Part shown: positions 47,113 through 55,597 of the stretch, one piece after another | Layout: each line of letters starts with the position of its first letter | How positions within the stretch are numbered: the first letter of the stretch is position 1 | From: a virus | Reading direction: 5' to 3' (one strand) | IMG/VR virus record: IMGVR_UViG_3300018080_000107 | DNA: 64,000 bases | Program-made: the position numbers and the translations under genes | The notes under the pieces: model-generated | Databases searched by the model: none | What the model was told of the DNA's origin: nothing | What the model saw: the letters and a program-made list of their open reading frames with translations, nothing else

Positions 47113-47709
47113 TTACTTCATGCGACTTTCCCAACCTCCATTTTGGTTTTTAACCTTTCCCTGTGAAATATTAGCTATTACTATGTCCATTTCCTTAATT
47201 CTCTCTTCGAGCACTTCAATACGCCGATTCGCAACCTTTACGCTCTGGACTATTTCAGCAAGGTCGAAATTATTAATTACTGGCTGTCGAGATGCTTTGC
47301 TTTCAACTTCGCTTGCTACCTCTGCAACAGTGACCAGTAACTTATCCTGTTCTGTAACATCAGGAATATTACTCTCGATTCGTGCTTCTGCGAGTATTCG
47401 CTGTTTCTTTCTTTCCTCAAGCTTCTCATTGCTATCGGCCTTTTGTTGTCGCCGCCTATCCAAATAACACGATCTACGCTTACAATACTTCTGGTTGCCA
47501 CTATCTGGTGTAAACCAACATCCGCAAGATAAACACTTTCGCGCATCTCCATCCTCAATGAATTTTGTCTTTGGCTTGCCCTTATTAAGTTTCTTTACCT
47601 CTGCGTTGCGTTTGCGCTGACAATCGATGTCACCACATGTGATTTGATCACGACGCTTCTTAACAAATTCCCGATCACAATAAGGACACACTACCTTATC
47701 TTCTAACAT
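47113..47709 (-). CDS. Tandem Zn-finger + coiled-coil protein
   Basis: CPYC...Q.TC..C and CLSC...QKYC..C; AGGAG SD. Confidence 0.65.
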   Translation of the reverse strand: MLEDKVVCPYCDREFVKKRRDQITCGDIDCQRKRNAEVKKLNKGKPKTKFIEDGDARKCLSCGCWFTPDSGNQKYCKRRSCYLDRRRQQKADSNEKLEERKKQRILAEARIESNIPDVTEQDKLLVTVAEVASEVESKASRQPVINNFDLAEIVQSVKVANRRIEVLEERIKEMDIVIANISQGKVKNQNGGWESRMK

Positions 47710-47789
47710 GACCACTCCTTCTTTTAAATAAACCTTACCTATAAGTAAACATGAGGGCCTTTTTTTACCCCCCCACTCTTTTCTCCTCA

Positions 47790-47823
47790 TTCTTATAGAC
47801 GCTACATTTGTATAGTTATTACG
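47790..47823 (-). promoter_or_regulatory. Putative ECF-like promoter CGTAA-N17-CGTCTATAAG
   Basis: Variant copy of the bipartite motif. Confidence 0.45.
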
Positions 47824-47839
47824 TAATAATTTCAAAAAA

Positions 47840-48955
47840 ATACATAAGTCTTTTATTCACCCCCACTTAACAATAGGGAGGGAATTAATATTTCGGTTTA
47901 TTTTATGCCTGGTGGACCCCCCGCCCGTTCATGAAAATCCGTTAATATTTTTCCAAAAACCCTACCGGGGTATCTGTCAAGAAACTTGACACCCCAAAAT
48001 CACCCAGGAAATAATAGGTCGCCCGTTCTTTCCCTGTCTCTATTCTGTACATAGCCCTTACCTTATCTACTATTTGGACAATATCTAAGCAATCGAAAGT
48101 ATATTATTTTTCTTTCATATTCACCCTCATTGGCATGAAAACGCATTAATAATCATAATCATTAACAATCTTTCATAATAGGCTGATGTCAGGATTAAAA
48201 TATATTCATAGCGCCGATTCGCCCAATCATTAAAAATCGTTAATACTTCTCTCCCTGGCATGAAATTGCATTCATACTCTACATATAGCAAATATCTATT
48301 TAATTGACGAAAAAAGGGGATTTTATCTTTTTCTTGATACTTGCCAAATAGGCAATGTGCCCCATTCTTACCTGGCCCACTACCCTATTTCTACCCTATG
48401 CCAAATAGGCAATCGCGGGAAAAGATTAAAAACCTTTCATATCCTGCCATAGTGACATATGCCCTAAACATTAACGCCCATTCATTTTGCGCCATTCTGG
48501 CAGGTAGGTAAAAATGCCCTATAGGAATTTTTTGAGTATGGAAAAATGCCATAGTGTGGCCCACAGTAGAAACCCGGAATTATTAACGTTCCTTAATATT
48601 TCTATACCTTGCTATACTGTATAGGTATATCTTACATGGGGGATTCTTACATATATGGAATAATGGGAAAGGTTTATTCTCTTTTGTCGTAAGGCTTTAC
48701 GACGATATGAGGGATTTTCTATTAGACGCCCTATAAGGCACCATCAACGGCTTTCATGGTCGATATATGCTTAGGTATTCGCCCTATAGTGATTTGCTCT
48801 TGTGTGCTATCTCACGGCTTGCTATTTTGCTTAGTACCGAAAATGTACCATGATTAGACAGTTTTTAGATTCTCCCCGGAAGTAATAAGATGAATACCCT
48901 TTAATGTGATGTCAAGAAAGTAGACAGTTTATATTTATAAAGTATTGCGCCCAAA
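47840..48955. other. 1.1 kb non-coding repeat-rich region (candidate genome terminus/origin)
   Basis: No ORF of 60 aa or more; about 10 motif B copies; C/G tracts; TGCCAAATAGGCAAT twice; TGTCAAGAAA twice. Confidence 0.5.
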
Positions 48956-48958
48956 AGA

Positions 48959-49489
48959 TTAAGGAAAGTTAATATTGCCCTTTCTTGCCCTTCTACTATT
49001 ACAAGATTTACATATAATCCTTACGTTACTTAGTTCATAATGTCCTTTACTATCTATTCGGTCTATAGTTGGTTTATCAGTTTTTGAATCCCGCATCATA
49101 GGCTTTCCGCATATAGGGCAATCATGAATATTCTTTAACAATCCTTCTATATCCGATAATGAAAGAAGGTTAATAATACCCTTTGCGCCATAATACCTAT
49201 ATGATTTATGGGTTTTATCATAACACCTTCTATTAATATCCTTTAATATAAACTTTGCCCTATTAGCCTTCATGTATTGTTTGTAATATTTAGGATTTTT
49301 ATTCTTATTCTGTCTACTGTAATTAATGCGTGATTCTCTATTCCGCTCATAATAGGCTTTTTGCCATTCTTTCCTTTTGTCTTGATTCTTTACATAGTGT
49401 GCCCTTTGTGTGCATTTATCACTACAATATTTCCTTTGCTTTCCCGTCAATTCTTGCCCACAAACTATACACTTTTTCCCATTGCCCAT
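48959..49489 (-). CDS. HNH-type endonuclease with N-terminal Zn finger
   Basis: CIVCG...YCSDKC; YYGAKGI; CPICG...TIDRID..GHY..SNV..IC..CN. Confidence 0.8.
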   Translation of the reverse strand: MGNGKKCIVCGQELTGKQRKYCSDKCTQRAHYVKNQDKRKEWQKAYYERNRESRINYSRQNKNKNPKYYKQYMKANRAKFILKDINRRCYDKTHKSYRYYGAKGIINLLSLSDIEGLLKNIHDCPICGKPMMRDSKTDKPTIDRIDSKGHYELSNVRIICKSCNSRRARKGNINFP

Positions 49490-49534
49490 TATTAAAATTC
49501 CTTCATAATTAATACCAGAAATAGACACATCCTC

Positions 49535-49570
49535 TATATTACTAGACTATCATTTTAGCCCATCTTTACA
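49535..49570 (-). promoter_or_regulatory. Putative ECF-like promoter TGTAA-N17-AGTCTAGTAA, abutted by motif B
   Basis: Variant copy upstream of the HNH gene. Confidence 0.45.
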
Positions 49571-49599
49571 TTAAAAGACTTTCATAATTCTAAGCCTAC

Positions 49600-49626
49600 A
49601 AAAAAAGCCTACCAAAAAGGTAGGCT
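49600..49626 (-). terminator. Intrinsic terminator
   Basis: AGCCTACC-TTTT-TGGTAGGCT hairpin plus T-run. Confidence 0.7.
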
Positions 49627-49648
49627 ATATAGGAAATGAAACGAAGAT

Positions 49649-49978
49649 TTAACAATCGGTAAACTCAGGAATAGCACCTAGAACTTGATAGATTAATGCG
49701 TGTTTATACATCGATGTATTTTCGGCAAGGCTATATCCTTTGTATCCGTTCTTTCTAGCATTGCGCAACATCACATAGTACAGAAAATCGAAAACTTGCA
49801 GCGGGACATTGTTTAGATGTTCGTCAACCTTGAAACGTTCCCGCAAATCGTCAACGCCCGATAATCCAAACATCGATAAATCGTCAGGATTCAGACAAAC
49901 GCCCATCTTTTTGACAAGATTTCTGTATTTTTCGTAATGCTCTTTTGTCGTCTTTTTTGTCAATTGTGTAGTCATCAT
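49649..49978 (-). CDS. Hypothetical protein
   Basis: GAAAGG SD; DEHLNNVPL motif. Confidence 0.65.
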   Translation of the reverse strand: MMTTQLTKKTTKEHYEKYRNLVKKMGVCLNPDDLSMFGLSGVDDLRERFKVDEHLNNVPLQVFDFLYYVMLRNARKNGYKGYSLAENTSMYKHALIYQVLGAIPEFTDC

Positions 49979-49990
49979 ATTAACGCCCTT

Positions 49991-50224
49991 TCATTCTGAA
50001 AAATCGTATTCATAAAGACTTTTCATAACTTCATAAACTGTATCGAAAGTAACACTATAGCCATCAAACTTGCTATCGCCATAATAGCGCAAGAAAGTAT
50101 CAACGGCTTCCGATAGGCTATCGGCTTGCCTGATACAATCTAAGGCAAAATGGTATAGTTCATAATCGTTATTTATCCAAAGGCTTATAGCCCAATGATG
50201 ACGGGTTTGATGTCCGTTATACAT
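49991..50224 (-). CDS. Hypothetical phage early-type protein
   Basis: YNGH...W..SLWINND..LY motif. Confidence 0.7.
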   Translation of the reverse strand: MYNGHQTRHHWAISLWINNDYELYHFALDCIRQADSLSEAVDTFLRYYGDSKFDGYSVTFDTVYEVMKSLYEYDFSE

Positions 50225-50239
50225 AGTTCAACCTTTCAT

Positions 50240-50395
50240 TTACTGATTATTTGCGATTCTTTCGGCTTCCGTAACCAGATGTGCATTTTCGCCCATTTTG
50301 GCCAATTCGGCCATTCTTTCGGCTTTCGTCGCGCCAAAATTCACAAGGCGATAGGCTTCCGCGAAAAATTCGATTCTTTCATTTTCGTTCATCAT
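50240..50395 (-). CDS. Hypothetical protein (51 aa)
   Basis: GAAAGGGG SD before MMNENE. Confidence 0.6.
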   Translation of the reverse strand: MMNENERIEFFAEAYRLVNFGATKAERMAELAKMGENAHLVTEAERIANNQ

Positions 50396-50408
50396 TTTCC
50401 CCTTTCGA

Positions 50409-50504
50409 TTAAAAAGAAAAGGCTTCAAGCATACTGAAACCGACATAAGCAAAGTAAACGGCTTTGATTGTCAAGATGATGCAAACGGCTTTAAACTTAC
50501 TCAT
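50409..50504 (-). CDS. 31-aa hydrophobic peptide, copy 1
   Basis: MSKFKAVCIILTIKAVYFAYVGFSMLEAFSF; GAAAGG SD; motif A upstream. Confidence 0.7.
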   Translation of the reverse strand: MSKFKAVCIILTIKAVYFAYVGFSMLEAFSF

Positions 50505-50594
50505 TGTTTTTTACCTTTCGTTTTTATTGCCCTCTATAGGTAGCCTTGAAAACAAGGCATATACAGATTAAAATCAATTAATCTTTTTTGCTTC

Positions 50595-50690
50595 CTAAAA
50601 ATCGAAGGCTTCAATCATACTGATGGCCACATAACCGAAATAGATAGCCTTGATAGTCAAGATGGCGATGACGGCTTTAAACTTACTCAT
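50595..50690 (-). CDS. 31-aa hydrophobic peptide, copy 2
   Basis: MSKFKAVIAILTIKAIYFGYVAISMIEAFDF; GAAAGG SD. Confidence 0.7.
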   Translation of the reverse strand: MSKFKAVIAILTIKAIYFGYVAISMIEAFDF

Positions 50691-50735
50691 TTTGTTACCT
50701 TTCGTTTTTCGGCTTGTTTGTTACTCGACTATCTA

Positions 50736-50763
50736 AGTATACGATGGTATGCAGGATGCGCAA
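50736..50763 (-). promoter_or_regulatory. sigma70-like promoter TTGCGC-N16-TATACT
   Basis: Shares the leader TAGATAGTCGAGTAACAA with 51874-51902. Confidence 0.5.
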
Positions 50764-50805
50764 GGTTTATTTTCCCCGATTCTCGGTTTTTCCTAAACCC
50801 TTTAT

Positions 50806-51381
50806 TTATACAATCTTATCGGATTTTCGCCGATTACATTTTGCACAAAGTAATTGAACGTTTTCGGGATTGTCGTTTCCACCTTTGCTATACGGTAAGA
50901 TGTGGTCATATTGTAGGCTTTCATTTGTGCCACATTTTACACATCGACCATTAGAACGGACAAAAGCTATTTTTTTAGACAATTCCGGGATTTCTCGCCT
51001 ATCCTCTTGTGTTTTATGATTAAATGAACGATGATTAATATTTAGCCATTCTATAGCTTCTTGCAATTCTGTTTTATCGGTTTCAGGTTTTATCGATTGT
51101 CTGATTTCCCTTAATACCCTTTCGGATTCCTCTTGTGTCTCATAAATTAAACCATCTTCATTTTTCGGCCTTTCGGCTTTTTCCTTGTCTTTATCGTATG
51201 CAAGGGAAACAAGGATAGATGTCAGTATTCCCCACAATAACCAAAACATCAGATGTGATATATCAAAGCATACTGATGCAAACCCAACCCAAAAGATAGA
51301 TATTAAACCGAACCATAGAAAACGCCATGCAAGCTTTACGGCTTGCCCTATAGCCTTGATAGTATTAATAGTGTTTTCCAT
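50806..51381 (-). CDS. Membrane-anchored HNH endonuclease
   Basis: Two N-terminal TM segments; CVKCG...YDHILP.SKGG...NVQLLCAKCN..K. Confidence 0.85.
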   Translation of the reverse strand: MENTINTIKAIGQAVKLAWRFLWFGLISIFWVGFASVCFDISHLMFWLLWGILTSILVSLAYDKDKEKAERPKNEDGLIYETQEESERVLREIRQSIKPETDKTELQEAIEWLNINHRSFNHKTQEDRREIPELSKKIAFVRSNGRCVKCGTNESLQYDHILPYSKGGNDNPENVQLLCAKCNRRKSDKIV

Positions 51382-51510
51382 TTTTTGCCTTTCGTTTTTA
51401 CCCTTCTATTAATACCCTTCAAAACAAGGCTATACAGATGAAAACTTATTAATCTTTCTCGGCTTGCCCATAGGGGAAAGGCTTAGCGCCCTTCCCCCTT
51501 TGCCCTTGTT

Positions 51511-51828
51511 TTAGCTTGCAACCTTGCCAATGCTTGCCCTTGCCCTTTTAAGGCTATCCGAAACGGCTTGTTGTGTTGTATTCAAGGCTTCCGCGATAGC
51601 CTTCTGATTCAATCCTTCCCGATAGTACAATTGAACGATGGTTTTTTGCTTTTCGGTAAGGGTATCGGAATAGTCCAGAATGATGGCCGTTTCAATCCTT
51701 CCCGTCATCAATTTCCTGATGTCTTCATCGTCTACCCTTCCCGATTCCATCGACGGGATAAGGCTTTCGACGGCTTCACAAAGGCTTTTGCAATTGTTTC
51801 TCTTTTCGCATGTTTCACAGTTAGTCAT
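51511..51828 (-). CDS. Sigma70 region-4-like HTH protein with Cys-rich N-terminus
   Basis: LTEKQKTIVQLYYREGLNQKAIAEALNTTQQAVS...RA; CETC..C..C. Confidence 0.8.
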   Translation of the reverse strand: MTNCETCEKRNNCKSLCEAVESLIPSMESGRVDDEDIRKLMTGRIETAIILDYSDTLTEKQKTIVQLYYREGLNQKAIAEALNTTQQAVSDSLKRARASIGKVAS

Positions 51829-51873
51829 GATTCGCCCTTTCGTTTTTGTTTCGGCTTGTTACTCGACTATCTA

Positions 51874-51902
51874 ATACTACGATGCTATGCTCATATCGTC
51901 AA
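51874..51902 (-). promoter_or_regulatory. sigma70-like promoter TTGACG-N17-TAGTAT
   Basis: Upstream of the region-4 gene; motif B lies just upstream of -35. Confidence 0.6.
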
Positions 51903-51936
51903 GGAAGATTAAAGACTTTTAATAATTGCCCTTTCC

Positions 51937-52452
51937 CTATGCTGGCGCATAGGTATAATCGGGAGAAAAATCGATACAGTAAACGGCTTTGATTTCCCCA
52001 TCATTGTCAACGTCAAGGGTAATGTTTCCCCCGTGTCTATCGCCGATGTCGATTCCTACGGCGTCCATCTTTTCCTGGCAGTATCGGGAAAGATTAAAAC
52101 CCTTAAATCTAACGTCCATACTAGAAATGCCCTTATCATAGCAATAATCGGTAAGTGTAGTATTGCCACAATGTGACATCACGATGCCGAACCTTTCCAC
52201 GTTTTCGCCGGAAACCTTTACGATAACCTTAAAAACGCCAATAGGTTTAGGGGAAACGCCCGATGGTTCTGCTTGTTTCAAAAGCTTATATTCGGCCATT
52301 GCTTCACAGTATGCAGCGGAAAGGGTTTTCTGTTTCAATACCTTGACGCCAATAGAATCAGTAAGCTTGAAATACATAGAATAAAGACCACTACCCATCA
52401 TCGGCTTATGAGTAACAATAAATTCGGCTTTCATGTTTTCGTAATTAGTCAT
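51937..52452 (-). CDS. Minimal protein-kinase-fold protein
   Basis: GSGLYS, GVKVL, conserved E, DRHGGNI, IDFS. Confidence 0.75.
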   Translation of the reverse strand: MTNYENMKAEFIVTHKPMMGSGLYSMYFKLTDSIGVKVLKQKTLSAAYCEAMAEYKLLKQAEPSGVSPKPIGVFKVIVKVSGENVERFGIVMSHCGNTTLTDYCYDKGISSMDVRFKGFNLSRYCQEKMDAVGIDIGDRHGGNITLDVDNDGEIKAVYCIDFSPDYTYAPA

Positions 52453-52793
52453 GATTCAACCTTTCGTTATTGTTTTTGTTTCGCCCTTCATAGGTAGCCT
52501 TGAATACAAGGCTATACAGAAAATTAAATCGTTTTAATATTTCTCTCATATCACGCATCTATATATAATAGTATAGGCTTTTCCCCTATGCAAATATCGT
52601 TCCCGACACCATCCGATTGTCCAAATAATAGACAAAAAAACCTGAAATAATAGCTTTCTCTGTGAAGCCTTCTAAGCCGTTTTAACGGCTTTAAGCCTTT
52701 ATATGTATATCTACCCTCATTTGTCGCGCATCGACGTTATCCGTCTAAACCCTTACTATATATAGACTTATGACGACGTATTTTGAAAACCCG

Positions 52794-52809
52794 TGCAAGA
52801 ATCGTGCCA
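52794..52809 (-). promoter_or_regulatory. sigma54 -24/-12 consensus TGGCACG-ATTC-TTGCA
   Basis: Exact GG-N10-GC consensus in non-coding DNA. Confidence 0.45.
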
Positions 52810-52963
52810 GACGCCCTTTTATTAAACCTTTTTAATATTTCAAGCCGATTTATTAAATTGCTTTCATTTTCAATCTATACTATTGCTATAGACTTTTTTA
52901 TTAAATTGCCTTCATAATTGTAGACTTGGATTATTAAGATTCTTTCATAATTCGGACACCATC

Positions 52964-52992
52964 AAAAAAAGCCTACCGAATAGATAGGCTTT
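52964..52992 (-). terminator. Intrinsic terminator
   Basis: AAAGCCTA/TAGGCTTT stem plus T-run. Confidence 0.6.
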
Positions 52993-53083
52993 GTAGTTAA
53001 TTAGTTTTCTACTATTACTGATTTTTAATCATTGCTGGAACGGTTTTTGCTACCCCATAGGCTTTCCCCTTTATGAAAATTGT

Positions 53084-53362
53084 TTAACTTACTAATTCAA
53101 GCCTTTCAGATTCTTCATTGTAATCGATTCCCAATATGCGCATAATATCGCATGATACATCTAGGTCACTACCCAAAACATCGATGCCGTATTTATCGCC
53201 ATCTAACGGCCAAGCCGTAACATCGATGGTTACACAAGGAAAAGGATAGATAGCCTTCATTTTGTAGGCTTCAAGGCGATACTTTCGCCCTTCATACTCG
53301 AAAACCTTGCCATTAACAGATAGAAAAACTTCATTGTAATCGGAAAGAAGATTAAAAGACAT
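53084..53362 (-). CDS. Hypothetical protein
   Basis: GAAAGG SD. Confidence 0.65.
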   Translation of the reverse strand: MSFNLLSDYNEVFLSVNGKVFEYEGRKYRLEAYKMKAIYPFPCVTIDVTAWPLDGDKYGIDVLGSDLDVSCDIMRILGIDYNEESERLELVS

Positions 53363-53377
53363 TAATTTTACCTTTCG

Positions 53378-53512
53378 TTACTGCCAAGTTTTGATGGCGT
53401 TTCTGTTGTTTTCTTTTCGTCCGATATCGGATACTTTAGCAAAGCCGATTCGGATACCTTCCGCCACTATAGCAAAGGTAAACAGGATACCGATAGTTGC
53501 AAATATTGTCAT
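53378..53512 (-). CDS. 44-aa single-TM peptide
   Basis: MTIFATIGILFTFAIVAEG...; GAAAGG SD; motif A upstream. Confidence 0.6.
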   Translation of the reverse strand: MTIFATIGILFTFAIVAEGIRIGFAKVSDIGRKENNRNAIKTWQ

Positions 53513-53580
53513 GATTCAGCCTTTCAGTTATCGCCCTCTATAGATAGCCTTCAATACAAGGCGATACAGATGAAAAAGCT

Positions 53581-53808
53581 TTAATATTTCATGATTCCAG
53601 TAAAAAGCCTTTGTCCAATAAGATGACAATCTTCGGGCAATGGCGTAAACGTCCAATTAGCGCCAGGAAGCCGAAAAGCTTGCCCATCGATGTATGCTGT
53701 ACAATGCTTTGTAGTAAGCTTTATTTGTCCTTCCCTGCCCATTGCGCCATCATTCTTGGCCGTTACTACCCTTCCGATTATCGCATCGATTCTTACGGTT
53801 TTAAGCAT
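53581..53808 (-). CDS. Hypothetical protein
   Basis: Motif A upstream. Confidence 0.6.
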   Translation of the reverse strand: MLKTVRIDAIIGRVVTAKNDGAMGREGQIKLTTKHCTAYIDGQAFRLPGANWTFTPLPEDCHLIGQRLFTGIMKY

Positions 53809-54131
53809 TATTTAGCCTTTCAGTTATCGCCCTTCATTGTAAGCCTTCAATACAAGGCGATACAGATGAAAATGGTTTAATCTTTCTATGTTTTGCCCTT
53901 CTAATATAGATAGTATAGAAGCCTATTCAAATGGTATGCCAGATTTTCAATTATGAAAGAAATTTAATCTGCATAGGCTTTGTTTTCAAGGTTACTGATG
54001 ACGGGAAAAAATAAAGGGTAAAAAAAGGTAGTTTGAAAAAGAAACATGTAAAATTTCCCTATGGGTAAAAAATCCCTATATGGAAAAATAGGTCGGTAAG
54101 AAATACCTGTTTGAAATCCATACATGGGAAA

Positions 54132-54253
54132 ATGAAGATTCTTTAATGATTAAGATTCTTTCATTATGAATAGATTTTAATGTGAAAGGATTTTCATGAA
54201 AAAAAGTTAATGAAGAAATTTTCATGAAAGAAATTTCATGAAGGGATTTTAAT
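54132..54253. repeat. Tandem array of 8 motif B palindromes (ATKAA-N6-TTMAT)
   Basis: Copies at 54132, 54149, 54166, 54182, 54196, 54210, 54224, 54238; last five overlap with a 14-bp period. Confidence 0.9.
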
Positions 54254-54401
54254 CCTTAGAGCAGAAAAAAACCGGCGTCGGAGTCATTTTCCTTAGAGCC
54301 GGTTAATATTGGCGTCGGAGTCATTTTTTGATTCCGGCGTTTTTTTGTTTAGCAAGTAGGGGAACGGCTTTTCAGCCGCCCCCCTCAAACCTGGAGAGTT
54401 T

Positions 54402-54590
54402 TCAAATTTTCACAATATAAAGGTCGTTTCCGTTCTTTTGAATCCTAAAGCCATTCTGGCTTGCGAATGCCCGATGTGCTGGCGACACGTCAAAGAACCT
54501 TGAAAGCTTCTCGAAACGCTTGCTGCCTATCTTGTCCATTGCTTCCGTCAATGCGTCCATTACATTACTCGTCAGTTCTGAAGTCAACAT
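54402..54590 (-). CDS. Hypothetical protein
   Basis: GAAAGG SD; motif A upstream. Confidence 0.6.
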   Translation of the reverse strand: MLTSELTSNVMDALTEAMDKIGSKRFEKLSRFFDVSPAHRAFASQNGFRIQKNGNDLYIVKI

Positions 54591-54679
54591 TGCTTTGCCT
54601 TTCTGTTTTAGGTTTTTACTTTCGTCTCTCATAAGTAGCCTTCTATACAAGGTCTGAATTATTAATCTTCTTTAATCTA

Positions 54680-55108
54680 TCAACACTTTTCCAAAAGTGA
54701 ATCTTCTTTCATCTTTCGGATTTTCGCCTTATACTTTCGTGTTGCCTTGCGAACCTTTTGCCGCCCCTTATCGGTCTTATGATAGTCCCTAACGGCTTTT
54801 CGTTGCCTATCCGCACCACAAGCCTTACAATACTTCTTTCGTCCGTCACGCGCCCACATAGGCTCCCCACATTGCAAACAATCCTTGATGACGCCCCCTC
54901 TTTTCCTTTGCACCATCAAAACCTCTACAATGCCCCGTAAAGCCTTTAGACGCTCAATAGGTCTTAGGGTACACGCACGCCACGCATCAAGCTCATGCGT
55001 TCTTGTATAGGCGCTACAGGCAAGCTTAGGTCGTGCTTCGATATCGATACCAAAAAGTAGCCCATTTTTTTGTGCCGTTACTCCACCGTTCAATTTAACA
55101 GTCTTCAT
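54680..55108 (-). CDS. Zn-finger basic protein
   Basis: CLQCG...KYCKAC; GAGG SD. Confidence 0.6.
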   Translation of the reverse strand: MKTVKLNGGVTAQKNGLLFGIDIEARPKLACSAYTRTHELDAWRACTLRPIERLKALRGIVEVLMVQRKRGGVIKDCLQCGEPMWARDGRKKYCKACGADRQRKAVRDYHKTDKGRQKVRKATRKYKAKIRKMKEDSLLEKC

Positions 55109-55169
55109 CTTTATAAACCTCTTTTTTGTTGTCAGGAAAATTATTAACCGCCATTAATGTGAACGCTTG

Positions 55170-55343
55170 TTAATCGTCGGCAAGCTTAACCAGTATAGCC
55201 GTCCAAATAATCGCCCAAGGAATTGACACCGCAAACATTGCAAGCCGTTGCCAAAAGGTGTCTGGCTCAAGCAAAAGCCAAGGTGCCATGATTCCACCGA
55301 TAAGCAAACACAAAAAGATAATCACTCTAAGCAAATCAGACAT
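55170..55343 (-). CDS. 57-aa two-TM protein
   Basis: PWLLLEPDTFWQ motif resembles PWTLMGPETFWE in 63380..63670. Confidence 0.55.
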   Translation of the reverse strand: MSDLLRVIIFLCLLIGGIMAPWLLLEPDTFWQRLAMFAVSIPWAIIWTAILVKLADD

Positions 55344-55357
55344 TTTATTAATCCTTA

Positions 55358-55534
55358 TTAATTTTTCTTTTCAACCTTGTACCAAGCCAACTGAATGCCG
55401 CCCGTCTTAGTACAATAGCGGACTTCATCAGCACTCTTAAGCTTATTGGTTATAGTTCTACTGTCAACAATCTTGATGGCTTCCGCAAGCACTTCCTCAG
55501 CGAATGCTTTCACTTTCAGTTCTTTTTTAGTCAT
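55358..55534 (-). CDS. Hypothetical protein (58 aa)
   Basis: AAAGGA SD; motif A upstream. Confidence 0.6.
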   Translation of the reverse strand: MTKKELKVKAFAEEVLAEAIKIVDSRTITNKLKSADEVRYCTKTGGIQLAWYKVEKKN

Positions 55535-55597
55535 GATGTTTCCTTTGTTAAAGTTTTTTGCTCTCTATAAGTAACCTCAAATACAAGGCCATATAGA

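Noticed and set aside
48131-48272. TGGCATGAAA(TT/AC)GC as sigma54 promoters
   Set aside because: Spacing is GG-N9-GC or shorter rather than N10, and both are explained as motif B copies
54132-54253. Tandem palindrome array as a mini-CRISPR
   Set aside because: The period is 14-17 bp with 6-nt variable cores, far too short for spacers
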